From: a virus
Lineage: Duplodnaviria; Caudoviricetes
Length of the DNA: 57,461 nt
Strand: one strand, 5' to 3'
IMG/VR virus record: IMGVR_UViG_3300017788_000030
Location: 1 to 57,461 of that record
The notes under the pieces are model-generated. The model saw only the letters and a program-made list of their open reading frames with translations, ran no database searches and was not told the origin of the DNA. The position numbers and the translations under genes are program-made. Numbering within the stretch: the stretch's first letter is position 1; each line of letters opens with the position of its first letter. Of the stretch, positions 29,301-38,790 are shown piece after piece.

Positions 29301-31501
29301 CGACTTGTGTTACAACTAATAGGATGACTATTGTAATGATTTATATTTAAACCATAACACCTACACTTTGATTCATCGGCCGGAAATCTTAAACATGATT
29401 CCGTACCAGCAGTATCCGACTGTAGTTTTGCAGCATATACTTTGTATAGTTTTATTCCTACATCTTTAGTTGTAAAAGTAATAGCAATGTTACTTGATCT
29501 AGCCGATCTAATATTAGTATTAAATACTACTGTTTCATTCTCTCCAAAAGAGCTAGCATTAAAATATATTCCTCCGTTAGGGTGTGTGGCTAATAAATCT
29601 AGGTGAGGATTAAAAGCTATAGCTTTATATGATCTATCTAAAGTATTATTGATATATTTATTACTAAAACTAGTAACGCCACTAAATACTGGTTTGCTTT
29701 TTAAGACCACATCATTATATAATATATTACCATAAATCGAATAATTATCATTATCAGAACCGCAATTGTTACTGGATCTTAAAGTAGTATCAACACTAGT
29801 TCCAATATTCAGATTTCCAAATTGTATAGACTGATCGTAGTAAAATTTTTTGTTGATTCTTTCATCATCCATTGGCGACGATTCGCATACTCTATATGGT
29901 CGAGAATTAATATTTCTAAACTTAACTTTGCTTATATCCATTACCATATCAAAATCTAAATCAACATATACAGAATTACTTCTATTATTGATAGTCAAAT
30001 TTTTTGTAACGGATGATCTAGGAGGAATCCATTCGTATCCTCCATATTTAGAGTATAATGTTCTAACTAATTCTTCTTTATTAGAAATATAGTTCAAATT
30101 ATTAGCAGAATCATACTTTGTGCCTCTTAACATATTTTTATTTAACAAATCTATTTGTTCAAAATCATTAAAATCTGTATATAAATTTCTTCCTTCTTTA
30201 TCTAATAAGTTAGTAGTAATTCCATCATACAGCGGAGAAGTACACATGAGCGCAGATAAACTAAATGCTTTTGTATGACCAAGTCCTATCTCGCTATATG
30301 TAGCATATAGATTATAAAATCTTTCATATAAATTTTGAGATATATAAATAAAATTAGAGCTCGGAGGTATGATTCCCAAGAATGTTGTACCGTCTACCAC
30401 TTTTAATCCAGACGGACATTGTGGTAAATCTCCTTCGCTAGGATGAGACGGCTCGGGACGTTCATTGAAATTAAAATCCGGATTTGCTGGCTCTGGCCCA
30501 TCATTCTTTGCAAAAAAAACATCCCCTGGACTAATGTAGAAATCTACCCCTGGAATTGGTCTTTGATCATTTCTTCTGCCGATATCAAAATACCTATACC
30601 ATCCCATAACACCACTAGTATATTGCCATTTCCAATAAGAAGCCCGTTTTTGTCTGCTTAAAAATACATTTTTGAAATTACTTTCCGAAAAACCATATGG
30701 TTTTGTAAAACTTTCTACAGTAGGAATAATAGCTGGAGTACCAAATTGCTGGTTAGGCAGCAAGCCACTAAATATACTAGGATAGGCTGTTCTGTAATTA
30801 TCTGAACCCGAAGGTAAAGATAATAATATAAAGTTACCACATGTGCTACTTAGTAATTCAGATTTTTCATAGGATTTCTTGTGGGTATACTCGTTGATAT
30901 GGTAAGAACTAGTAGCATCATATGGGATTTCGGAAATTGTTTCTTTAAGTTTCCAATCTATGCAAAAACCACTATGGGTAATAAATCTCTCTATTCCTAA
31001 GCCAGGATTATTACATGCTGGAAATTGTTTAAGATGTTTCCAGTCATAAAATCCAGATATATAAGATTGATTAAGAACAGGAACTTTTGCTAAAAAATCA
31101 TCAGAATGAAATTGAACATCGCAAGAAGTTGTTAGTTGTTCATCATCAGGATTTTCTGGATCAGGATCCAATATTCCTGTACATGGATTACAACAATATA
31201 AACAATTAAAATCAGTTTCATTATAAATACCATAATAGTTATTTGTTATTTCTGTAATTTGACCGTTATCACAATTGCATGGTTTAAAAGAGCTACTGAA
31301 GTCTTTTTTAACCTGTATTAAAGGATCACAATACTCTGCATTTGATTGAGAATTCTGAATAATTATAGGTAGCCATAATCCCGAAATATTGTTGTTGTAT
31401 AGTTGGAACGAGGGAATCAGTCTTAATGCTTCTATATTAATACTAGCATTACTAATATTTACATCATCTATAAAATATTTAGTATATATTCCACATCCCA
31501 T
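23375..31501 (-). CDS. giant (2708 aa) putative virion/tail protein with Cys-rich termini
   Basis: Long uninterrupted ORF in the tail block; beta-rich composition; no family recognised. Confidence 0.7.
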   Translation of the reverse strand: MGCGIYTKYFIDDVNISNASINIEALRLIPSFQLYNNNISGLWLPIIIQNSQSNAEYCDPLIQVKKDFSSSFKPCNCDNGQITEITNNYYGIYNETDFNCLYCCNPCTGILDPDPENPDDEQLTTSCDVQFHSDDFLAKVPVLNQSYISGFYDWKHLKQFPACNNPGLGIERFITHSGFCIDWKLKETISEIPYDATSSYHINEYTHKKSYEKSELLSSTCGNFILLSLPSGSDNYRTAYPSIFSGLLPNQQFGTPAIIPTVESFTKPYGFSESNFKNVFLSRQKRASYWKWQYTSGVMGWYRYFDIGRRNDQRPIPGVDFYISPGDVFFAKNDGPEPANPDFNFNERPEPSHPSEGDLPQCPSGLKVVDGTTFLGIIPPSSNFIYISQNLYERFYNLYATYSEIGLGHTKAFSLSALMCTSPLYDGITTNLLDKEGRNLYTDFNDFEQIDLLNKNMLRGTKYDSANNLNYISNKEELVRTLYSKYGGYEWIPPRSSVTKNLTINNRSNSVYVDLDFDMVMDISKVKFRNINSRPYRVCESSPMDDERINKKFYYDQSIQFGNLNIGTSVDTTLRSSNNCGSDNDNYSIYGNILYNDVVLKSKPVFSGVTSFSNKYINNTLDRSYKAIAFNPHLDLLATHPNGGIYFNASSFGENETVVFNTNIRSARSSNIAITFTTKDVGIKLYKVYAAKLQSDTAGTESCLRFPADESKCRCYGLNINHYNSHPISCNTSRIQLSSSPFFVPGLSTRYSPRLKRYGGYTPGKAGLLFGSEADLNSTPFLPIINRKLDPEYPYECEQSATIKLTNYSTMDYHVTLKNFSTRYSDIYISINEPADLLGQQWIYVATDGDDDIWIENTAWKRYLNKVTSNNVTVYNQQEKILFQKGSAIPDPLVITITNPFINAMLGNSNERLSIPRMIIDDVTQQVLAYSDPCDPFKGYIPPETRTRTGRNRGDEISEVNITIKQKPRKQFLSYRISRGVEVVGAQGRRIGEGVPVATSANKALYHPNFGIATTQAAVGPGPEQLSASPQPSISNDGKIQYDFSLLDVPGSGEKIYAFILDQGMLNALEKISNFDIHRKPRVLFRPYKEWGTSYFWQPFYSNRGGYRLNNIDYIGSPKLFNYEDPTITRQVDPYIVKDIQQNDPTILYGYLTLISEINARINAPLLVPARPKSNLSLDYILHTQPGLEECENSDLPVGGVDGFPVNIANLWDQNIKWPDNNRFWNPIITSDPRVVRFYGSRPYFRIPEKRTIADYSTIISLDDFIESTAQSSNLVSNSILKLKNGYYFYAGPDVTATTSYIFVGNDISILTKYSNLDIDYKNFSSTGYVYNSETECDTPVELYRVSPLSGPFLMSTDANGNRLLRVLGSNIIVSKKIMVQITDKEGKPIFGSSEENMYIKIYTEFKFRDKILDNNFDLVWPVEPNRSSVVIYDGRMISTDKDILLSNKKYMTKWGDLVKYDNAILNNPHLVSYKQIPKSIYDNLFLKQIVNDHLSSSIFKLDINRKDSNELSRENCTSLPVDLRYFSTDERPYFCIYHKYDLDHSRSWSVGLDQYQNYIPMMEINFSSQIPDVMTSGILQSSALYRKNTFIDFPPGYIIPTLGTDDDFLVLADSHFANRKDANILLVSDEKEMLRRTNRLAEIQRLRPGFLQDYFPGPLAFIKIPKVFKSTINFSNPRADWVESLKVQTPRYALSRTILTDNQSSRDDVRQIFRPTNLNIIDNTSLINTNINSNGFTLGSVERSSPFIIRTIYADIDKPVDNTIGCGSEKCEITTAGNITLKANYTTFLSKYITYEQMGATLAIELTHDAGTVNLIGLDPRTSKTIIRTMMDPDNPVFFDNNCLTSTPKPKMPFYRLLNDIDAQEYLNNKYAEGNASVSPELDILDDNANEMLFRLLYGENQKINRKQLFKKNYILTQNELVNFVEPEITAKEIYSQILYNYDSAINPGSNINGTLNINGTRNIGDFISVNIYNVSIQLSVVQVDGGNVVLVGNVGNNNINETIYRRTEIQNSLITVEYSTTTSSGPTAAEMAGYRPGSEIFPDPVTTPDIIPSDPQPTSDNESITLIATRTTSDTTVGAYVDISIREGACDPWREPWVRPSDCPPQMGGEAPMEEDPPECQDPCPPGPQMQTDMRWWYPGITYAPRACGKSNWYDPFRYGYCRHIDADSIKENPEFKPKCVNCDLGTNIIDFDNYDGIEGGPEFDYEFQQCSTTFRLKGHLYRLKFTPHTQRPSTSCITYSAGLGAEIGPGPVTAILGNIAGCWADCPSIIGNPGFHLPRATSCVNPGAYYLPLPTFGNPYNCTKVSTSTTTTTTRKVFKRTKTVDYGPYTPPTCAIPFINISYTKDKVTVNIPSVGKTYCLRVNSNNSCPIINIDMPRKYTVTENITSECASNCGDPVAIEIQEENNDFNFTYQDYTVVCEIGRISYGDLQGDAVVVNGYREPDGVDDFGKGFMPCGRAAGFIMSLCGGGALWFNCGAVSEGHLTYGGWTASDNAAGWRQKMENLYNNAQFPCKVSPAIPTEDIIEGIIPGTCSLNFQDISIEQPKYKDISYHEYATGSWTVTTSIAYITYTYRKAKTIQDHLISGTGGGNLNNDVVVEYYPNSFVPYMATTNGIGNCKELGFPPRLTAGGGESVLYNTFKLTPPIYRRTSCDSAPTCYYDTELDNKQSPCNYADWICWSTLSRSMSAIFLNRIFRDPTGGNIWT

Positions 31502-31503
31502 AT

Positions 31504-33108
31504 TTAATCATTTATACTTGTTAGAGTCCACTTACCATTGATAAAATTAAAAATACCCCGAGTATTACTACTTACAGAAAATTGTAAAGGATTACCATAT
31601 AAAGTCATGTAGCTTTCTATGAGTGTAATACCCAGAGCAGAGTCCCTAGCCGCTTTAATAGTATAAGCTTTTTCTATAGACGCCTGTTGGCTATTTATAA
31701 TAGTTCCGATAGCAACAAACGGACGATTATAGATAGGTTCATAAAAACCATTATCAGGATTATATTTACAATATAAAGCAGCTTCTCTTGGAGATCTAAA
31801 GAGTAGAGAACTATCTTTGACGAAAGCTACTTTTCTCAAACCTTCTGGTAGCGGAGTAGAGTCTGTCATACCATCTTCTATTACTCCCCTAACAGGATTT
31901 TCGTCTACCAGATCATGTTCGATAGTGATCCAAACCGGCTTATAAGGGGCTCCTACTGTCCAAACCTCAGCATCTTCGTCCCATCTTAGATCTACTGGAC
32001 CAACAGGCCAGGTATTTGGTAATGCTGCCCACCCTTTGTAAAATGTTTTTTCTTTGTAAGGAGCAGAATATTCTCCATTTTCTAAAAGCTGTTGATTTTT
32101 AAATATGGCATTGCCGCTGCCATCTGTAACTATTTCTCCTTGTGCAGTATACTTGTATTCTCCGGAAGAATTCGGCACAGGATATCCCTCTTTATCATAT
32201 CCCCACCCGTGAACTATTAGTGGTCCTCTTAAACCAAAAAACCTTTGATTATTTTGTCTCAAACCATCTGTATAATCAATATCATTCTCAGTAAAATTTT
32301 TATTCATTTCTAATGAACGAGTACTACATATTGATCCTGCTTCTCTCGGCACATTCATGCCGAATCCCACAACACTAACATTATGAGTACAATTATCGTC
32401 TGTTTGTTTGGCTCCAGAATTAGCAAATTCTCCATTTAGCATAATCAAAGGATTTAGTGTGAATTTATTAATAACATTATTAGTACCAGCAAATAAATTT
32501 GCTCTATTATCTATAATCTCTAAATCATTACCGCTTCCTATGATATAAGGAGGCGTGGTTTCCGAAGGAACAGAACTTTTGTTTCTTTTTATAGCCTTAT
32601 CAGAATCTGGTACACAAAATTTACACTCTCTATTATCTAGAGTTCTTCCCGGAAATATACTGTTAAGCAAAGCGTTTCTAAAAGTCGCTATCTGTCCACT
32701 GCCGATAGGCACTGCTCCCAATAGGGGTAAATTACTGAAATCAGTAATAAAAGTAGTATATCTTCCTGTCCCATTACAATAAGGACATTTGCTTCTAGAA
32801 TAAGGAACCATACTATATGTTGTATTATACGGAGTTGGATAAAAAGATACCGGAGAAAAAATTCCGTCTAGGCTCATAACAGAAACCTTATTATATGATG
32901 CTCCATGGAATACTGGTGTTAATTGAGTTTCCGGCACCATAGCCACCTCCGAAATAGTTCTTATTCCATTTAATAGGTGTGGACCATTAGCATTTGGTCT
33001 AATCATACTATCAGGAAGTTTAATATTTTCTGGAATAAGTCTGATATCTCTGATTGTATTACTTGCCGGAGTTATATTTGCATTATTACCGACCAATATA
33101 AAATTCAT
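31504..33108 (-). CDS. putative tail/baseplate protein
   Basis: 534 aa with CPYC...CKFC, GLRGPLIVHGWGYD and GPVDLRWD; role inferred from context. Confidence 0.55.
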   Translation of the reverse strand: MNFILVGNNANITPASNTIRDIRLIPENIKLPDSMIRPNANGPHLLNGIRTISEVAMVPETQLTPVFHGASYNKVSVMSLDGIFSPVSFYPTPYNTTYSMVPYSRSKCPYCNGTGRYTTFITDFSNLPLLGAVPIGSGQIATFRNALLNSIFPGRTLDNRECKFCVPDSDKAIKRNKSSVPSETTPPYIIGSGNDLEIIDNRANLFAGTNNVINKFTLNPLIMLNGEFANSGAKQTDDNCTHNVSVVGFGMNVPREAGSICSTRSLEMNKNFTENDIDYTDGLRQNNQRFFGLRGPLIVHGWGYDKEGYPVPNSSGEYKYTAQGEIVTDGSGNAIFKNQQLLENGEYSAPYKEKTFYKGWAALPNTWPVGPVDLRWDEDAEVWTVGAPYKPVWITIEHDLVDENPVRGVIEDGMTDSTPLPEGLRKVAFVKDSSLLFRSPREAALYCKYNPDNGFYEPIYNRPFVAIGTIINSQQASIEKAYTIKAARDSALGITLIESYMTLYGNPLQFSVSSNTRGIFNFINGKWTLTSIND

Positions 33109-33123
33109 ATATAAAATTCCTTA

Positions 33124-36100
33124 TTAATATGGTCTTGTTCCCATAGGTTTTGATGCAAATTGTATAAGTCTTGTCTGCATCTCTTTAATTGATTCTGCAA
33201 ATCTACGATTTTGTATTCTTATCGCATTATTAATATTTTTGATATTATCTGCTTGTTCTTTGTTATAAAAACCAATTTTTCTACTAAAAGTTCTAAGACT
33301 ATATTGTGTTGTAATACCACTATCTCCGATACTTATTTTTATGCTATTAACTATAGGACCAAGATAATCATTTAAATAACTTCCTAGAGTCCAATTTCTC
33401 AACATAATACCAGCTAATGTAATATCTCCGGTTTCTAATACTTGTTGATAACCATTATTTGTACCCACCATAGCTAGTGCTGCTTGATCAAGAGGAATCA
33501 TTCCTCCATATTCCCAAGGCACAAGAGTAGGATCAATTTTTATCTCAACTCCTCCTACTAGATTATTAATAAGTGCCACTAAACCTAAATTTGTTACAGC
33601 TTGACCAGGAAAAATATCACCAGCTATAGTACCGGGATGAGATACCCATGGTCCGTATGTCATAAGATTATTTCTTAAAGGAATAGCAGCAAATACGGGT
33701 TTGGCTGCTCTAGGATGCATATTTTGATCACCGTCTTTATTTACTAATCCAGCATACTCTCCATCCGGGCTGCTAATCCTTAAAAAGGCATTATCCGCAG
33801 CAAAAAATTGATTTAAATCAGGTCCTATTATCACATCAGCTTCTGCGGGTTCTTCGTCACCCAAAACCATTGCTGCTATAGCTGTACTAACGCCATTATC
33901 GTACATTCCGGATTTGATAAATACAGGACTAGGAAGTGCTAAAATAGCTCTTGGTGTACCTTTGGAAAAAGTAATTTGTGGATTACTACTACCTTCTTCT
34001 ACTGGTAATATTTGAGCTTTAGCATATATCTTATATAAATGACTAGTTGCGTTTCTAGGTACTCCATGAGCTGTTAAGCTTGGTAATATTGGACTAAAAC
34101 TGATTCTTCCTCCTGGCGGACCCTGGTCAGTTATTAAAGCCGTATACGGTATCATTATATAAGCATCTTGTGGTAAATTGTGTATCAAAGGAAAATAATA
34201 TCTATTAGCTAATGCTGGAGTAATACCAACAATTTGTAATGGATTTCTCAAACTAGTTCCTAGTATGGTTCTATTTTGCAAAGCCCATGGGGACAACGAA
34301 CTACTGTGCATTAAATTATTATTTTCAAAATACCTATAAGTGCCATTTCTGGTGGGTGGAACATCATATTCTGCTGAGTTATCAAAACCTAATAATGGTG
34401 GAATTTTACCATTCTCGCTTGCCAAAGACTGTGCTGCTAAACTATCAACTTCCATAACATCATCTATCATATTTCCAGGCTCTTCCCATCCATCTCCTAC
34501 TATACTATAATTATAAAGAGTATCTCCATTACTATTATTAGTATATTTAAGTAATTGTGGTAATCTTACAGCAAAATTTTTACCATAGTGTGTATCTCCA
34601 ATACTTTTAATAAACATTCTAATATTTTCTAATAAGTTACTTGTAGACTCCATACTCTGTTGGTATTGTCTTTCATTAAGTTCTGGATGCATTAGAGCAA
34701 AAGAAGATCCGGTATGATCCAATCCATAATTAAGAATTCTATTTTCGGGTATTAAAAATGTTACTAAAAATGCACTATAAAAGTTCATTACGGTCTGTAC
34801 ATAAGAAGCGTAAAATCCTTTACTTTTTAGCGTTAAATTCTCGCCGAAATAAGACTTAGCAAACAAATCAGAGACTGTTCTGCTTAGATAGTTAAATACT
34901 ATTTTGGATGTTGCAGTAGGTTTTCCTGACTCTATCATTACTTGCAAATGAAGATACCAAGCTTCATCACTAGCCATTGCTGCTCTTATTTCATCTTCTT
35001 CTATTACAAATTTCCCAGATGTAATGGATCCTCCAGTAGTATCACCTGCTAGTCCTCCTGGAGCTACAACAATACCAGGAAAAAGATTTCTAGCAACTTG
35101 TCCAGCAGCAGACCAGTTTCCGTCAGTTATATCATATTGTGTTGGAAAAAATGCTTGAATATCTCTAAAATCAACTACAATTTGTAAATTTCCTGTTTTT
35201 CTATCAAGATAAACTCGTCTATATTCGTTATTATTACTTTTACCAAAATATGGAGAAATAATATCTAGATATAAAGGATAACTATTTTGTGGAGCAATAG
35301 GCTCAATATTTAGTGCTGGTTTTATAGTATTAAGATAGGATCCTTTATTAATATTAGTACCATAAACAGTGGTTTGAATAGTATTAAAAGTATTATTTTC
35401 TTGAGCAAAAGCGGCGCCATAACCCCTACCCCATGGTTGCGCTCTATTACCTATGGGTCTTTGATTAGCGTGGTCGGGCATTCTATATGTATTATACAAA
35501 CTATTCTGTTGCGTAGAATTATTAGCAAAACTAGTGATCGGTACAAAACTGTCTAAAGCGGGCTCGTAAATTCTGTACCATCCCATTGATCCACCGGTAT
35601 ATGTATTAAACTGATGTATCCTTTCTTGAGCACCACCAACTAATACTGATCTAGTTTTTACATCTTGATATTCTTCTCCAAAGTTATAACTAACAACATT
35701 TTGTTGAAAAGTACTACCTAATATAAAACTTCTAATTGTATTAGGTTTGGGTTGTACATTTCGCGTAACTGTACGAATTTTTATAACTCCGCTATAACCT
35801 CCATTTTTTCCTTTCTCTAAAGGAATAAAATCTATAATAAAATCTAAACCAGCATTAGTACAACAATATTCAATAAAATTCATTATTGGCATTGTCTCTT
35901 CTGATATGTATATGCCAGGCGGAGGAGCAGGAACTTCTGATAAATCTAGTGCTAATAAAGATCTTGGTAAACCATCTACAGCAATAGGAGCATGTATTAA
36001 ACCCATTTCCGTAAATAGTAATGATGAGCCGTCCATATCAAAATTTATATTATGTGGATCTAGTAAACTTTGTGAGGTACGATCAAAAGGAGTTCTTGCT

Positions 36101-37140
36101 ACTATAGCTCCATACGGATTAAATGATGACTCTGCATCGATGCGACTTGCTTTTCCCCGACCGATCTGGTTTCCGTCTGGTGAGATAACAGCAGGCAAAG
36201 GTTCCAGCATTTCTACTAGTGCATAATATATATTACGAGCCAATACTCCTCGACCCTCAACAAATCCGCTACTACCAAGATTATTATTTTCTAGATGACC
36301 AAAAACATTAAATAGATTAGGTATATTTCCTTGGTAAACTGATCCATTATATCTTGAATTATATTTTGGCCAAGTAACATTAGGACAAGGATTAGGTCCG
36401 CACGGATATTTTAAATCTCCATATGGTACAGCTAAATTTTGTCTAGTCAAAGGTAATGCATTACTTGTGTTATCTATAATAGTACTAATACTACCATAGT
36501 ATTTTCCTAAAATTAGTTGACATCCATTCAGCAAAGAACTATAGCTGTTAATATCTACTTCATATTTTCCATTACTAAATGACCATTTTTTTATCATGCC
36601 GCCAAACCAAATATCCATAAATCTAAAAAATACAGGACAACCTATAATATCTAGATCAACAGAAGCCTCATTATTGCTATAGTCTCCTAAAAAACCAGGA
36701 TCATTACTGAACCAATGTTTTAAGGCAGGATTAGCCGGATCATCAAATCTATATCGTATATTTGATTTATGTGTTCTCCAACAATGTTTGCCAATATCTT
36801 TAAGAAATTGTGGTAATCTAAGATTATCACTCGATATTTTATCCCACTTTTCTTTTTCTTTTTGAAATACAGTTTGATGAAATGGAAGATCCACACTTTC
36901 ATTTACGTTAGGATTTTCAGTGTTAAGAACATTACTACTAGCTTTATTGTTAATATGAATTTTGTATGCTGCTATAGCAGGATGATTATGATGTCTATAT
37001 AAATCTTTGATCAAACTCACCCTGCAAGATGACACTTCTGATCCCCAACCCATATTCATATCGATATTAGTAACACTACACCCTAAAAAAAGTGTTTGGT
37101 TAAATGGTCCAGCTAATTGATAAGGATTATTACATGTCAT
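33124..37140 (-). CDS. putative tail-tip/baseplate hub protein
   Basis: 1338 aa; the N-terminus (FLGCSVTNIDMNMGWG...) and C-terminus (ETGDITLAG...IVNSIKISIGDSGITTQYSLRTF) resemble hub-type beta architecture; role inferred from context. Confidence 0.55.
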   Translation of the reverse strand: MTCNNPYQLAGPFNQTLFLGCSVTNIDMNMGWGSEVSSCRVSLIKDLYRHHNHPAIAAYKIHINNKASSNVLNTENPNVNESVDLPFHQTVFQKEKEKWDKISSDNLRLPQFLKDIGKHCWRTHKSNIRYRFDDPANPALKHWFSNDPGFLGDYSNNEASVDLDIIGCPVFFRFMDIWFGGMIKKWSFSNGKYEVDINSYSSLLNGCQLILGKYYGSISTIIDNTSNALPLTRQNLAVPYGDLKYPCGPNPCPNVTWPKYNSRYNGSVYQGNIPNLFNVFGHLENNNLGSSGFVEGRGVLARNIYYALVEMLEPLPAVISPDGNQIGRGKASRIDAESSFNPYGAIVARTPFDRTSQSLLDPHNINFDMDGSSLLFTEMGLIHAPIAVDGLPRSLLALDLSEVPAPPPGIYISEETMPIMNFIEYCCTNAGLDFIIDFIPLEKGKNGGYSGVIKIRTVTRNVQPKPNTIRSFILGSTFQQNVVSYNFGEEYQDVKTRSVLVGGAQERIHQFNTYTGGSMGWYRIYEPALDSFVPITSFANNSTQQNSLYNTYRMPDHANQRPIGNRAQPWGRGYGAAFAQENNTFNTIQTTVYGTNINKGSYLNTIKPALNIEPIAPQNSYPLYLDIISPYFGKSNNNEYRRVYLDRKTGNLQIVVDFRDIQAFFPTQYDITDGNWSAAGQVARNLFPGIVVAPGGLAGDTTGGSITSGKFVIEEDEIRAAMASDEAWYLHLQVMIESGKPTATSKIVFNYLSRTVSDLFAKSYFGENLTLKSKGFYASYVQTVMNFYSAFLVTFLIPENRILNYGLDHTGSSFALMHPELNERQYQQSMESTSNLLENIRMFIKSIGDTHYGKNFAVRLPQLLKYTNNSNGDTLYNYSIVGDGWEEPGNMIDDVMEVDSLAAQSLASENGKIPPLLGFDNSAEYDVPPTRNGTYRYFENNNLMHSSSLSPWALQNRTILGTSLRNPLQIVGITPALANRYYFPLIHNLPQDAYIMIPYTALITDQGPPGGRISFSPILPSLTAHGVPRNATSHLYKIYAKAQILPVEEGSSNPQITFSKGTPRAILALPSPVFIKSGMYDNGVSTAIAAMVLGDEEPAEADVIIGPDLNQFFAADNAFLRISSPDGEYAGLVNKDGDQNMHPRAAKPVFAAIPLRNNLMTYGPWVSHPGTIAGDIFPGQAVTNLGLVALINNLVGGVEIKIDPTLVPWEYGGMIPLDQAALAMVGTNNGYQQVLETGDITLAGIMLRNWTLGSYLNDYLGPIVNSIKISIGDSGITTQYSLRTFSRKIGFYNKEQADNIKNINNAIRIQNRRFAESIKEMQTRLIQFASKPMGTRPY

Positions 37141-37158
37141 GATTATTCTCTATTTAAA

Positions 37159-38781
37159 TTAACACGCTGAATATTCCCAAGTTATATTGTATGAAAAAGT
37201 ATTAGTATTAATATCTATATCTTGATTTTCTGATTTAACATATATATCATATACTAATGCAGAAGATAGTCCTAGTGAGGCTGGAGTTGGTTTATATCCA
37301 CTAATTTTTGCATTAATATCCTTTAGTATATTATTAGGAAATGAATATTTAGCAAGGCCGGTTGGCATGGGAAATGTGCCTACATAACTTAATGTTCTAC
37401 TACCAACACTAAAACTATTAGTAAAACCATATACTACTGGCCCTAGTCTACGACCAATAACTTTGGTCTCCTGATACCGTATAACAGGTAAAGTATCTTC
37501 TATAGATAAGGTTTCTACTAATGTTCCAGTAATTAATGGTCTGGGTCTAGTATCAAATTTTCTATTATATGTAATTTTACCATCATAGGGAAATAACTGT
37601 TCGGATGTAGATATTGGAAAATTGTTTAATAGCGCCGAATTAAAATTATTTCTAAATCTCAATGGTATCATACTTATGGCTTGTACCATATGCCCACTAG
37701 CTCTATTATATAGTAATGGTTCTATAATTTTCCATCCACTAACCGCATTTCTATATTTTGTAGTAGTTCTATAACTATCTACAACCCCATTATTAGTACC
37801 ATACCCAGCTTCAAAAAACCCTGATACGGGATTTTTAATATCATTTTGTCCACTAACGCCGATAGGGGGATTGGCATAATTTACAAAAGCAGCATATATT
37901 CCGGTTGCTGGTTCTAACCCTTGTATAGTACCATCCATATCTATAGTAATTTTATATTGTTTATCTAACGATACAGTAGCTTTAAAAGTGTCTAACCAAG
38001 CATCGTTTCCACTTTTGGCTATAAATGTATCTGTAATTTGATACGATCCATTAATTTCACTAACATCAAGAGATCTTTCTTGATTATATAATGTGAAAGT
38101 ACTTGGCGGAAACATACCTGTTAATGTTGCGTAGTTATCTCTATCATTTACCCACTTTTTAGCCCAATATAGAGACCCGCTAGATGATCCTATATTTATC
38201 CCGACAGCTCCTATTGTATGAGATATTTTGTATGTAGGCACAGGAACATTTTCATTCCTATCCCAAAACTGATTATCGAACAAAGATTCTAGTACATAGT
38301 TGTCTGTAACGGACTCTACAAAAGATCCTCTGCTATCATTTATCAACTGACTGCCACTACCAGAAACTGGTATTTTAAATATTATTGTATAATCAATAGT
38401 ATCTGCCCAATTATTTTGATTCTCAGAAAATACAATACTATCCACAATAGCAACAGAACCACTCACTAATGGTGGAGCACCCTTACATTGTACTATTAAT
38501 GACTTATAGTTATTAATTAATATTTGCTCTTTAAGATTACTAGCAGCCTCAAAAAGACCATTAATAGTATCATCACCCTGCGATGTTGATGATTTAGGAT
38601 CGTCTAATTCTGCTTTTCTTTTAACATAGCATATACCTTCTAAAGTAACAGTTCTTTCTGATGTTAAAAAGTCTCCCGCCGACGTGCGAGATCTAGATAG
38701 ATCAAATGATACTTTGGGAGTAGGATATCCGTCTTTTCCTTTGAAATTAAAATTTCCGTATCTAATCTCTACTTCTGCCAT
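37159..38781 (-). CDS. putative tail protein, paralogue of 38791-40407
   Basis: Shares the blocks IxYxNFxF, IGAVG, NGSYxITDxF, GTIQGL, DxRP and NITWxY with its neighbour. Confidence 0.65.
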   Translation of the reverse strand: MAEVEIRYGNFNFKGKDGYPTPKVSFDLSRSRTSAGDFLTSERTVTLEGICYVKRKAELDDPKSSTSQGDDTINGLFEAASNLKEQILINNYKSLIVQCKGAPPLVSGSVAIVDSIVFSENQNNWADTIDYTIIFKIPVSGSGSQLINDSRGSFVESVTDNYVLESLFDNQFWDRNENVPVPTYKISHTIGAVGINIGSSSGSLYWAKKWVNDRDNYATLTGMFPPSTFTLYNQERSLDVSEINGSYQITDTFIAKSGNDAWLDTFKATVSLDKQYKITIDMDGTIQGLEPATGIYAAFVNYANPPIGVSGQNDIKNPVSGFFEAGYGTNNGVVDSYRTTTKYRNAVSGWKIIEPLLYNRASGHMVQAISMIPLRFRNNFNSALLNNFPISTSEQLFPYDGKITYNRKFDTRPRPLITGTLVETLSIEDTLPVIRYQETKVIGRRLGPVVYGFTNSFSVGSRTLSYVGTFPMPTGLAKYSFPNNILKDINAKISGYKPTPASLGLSSALVYDIYVKSENQDIDINTNTFSYNITWEYSAC

Positions 38782-38790
38782 ATTATATTC

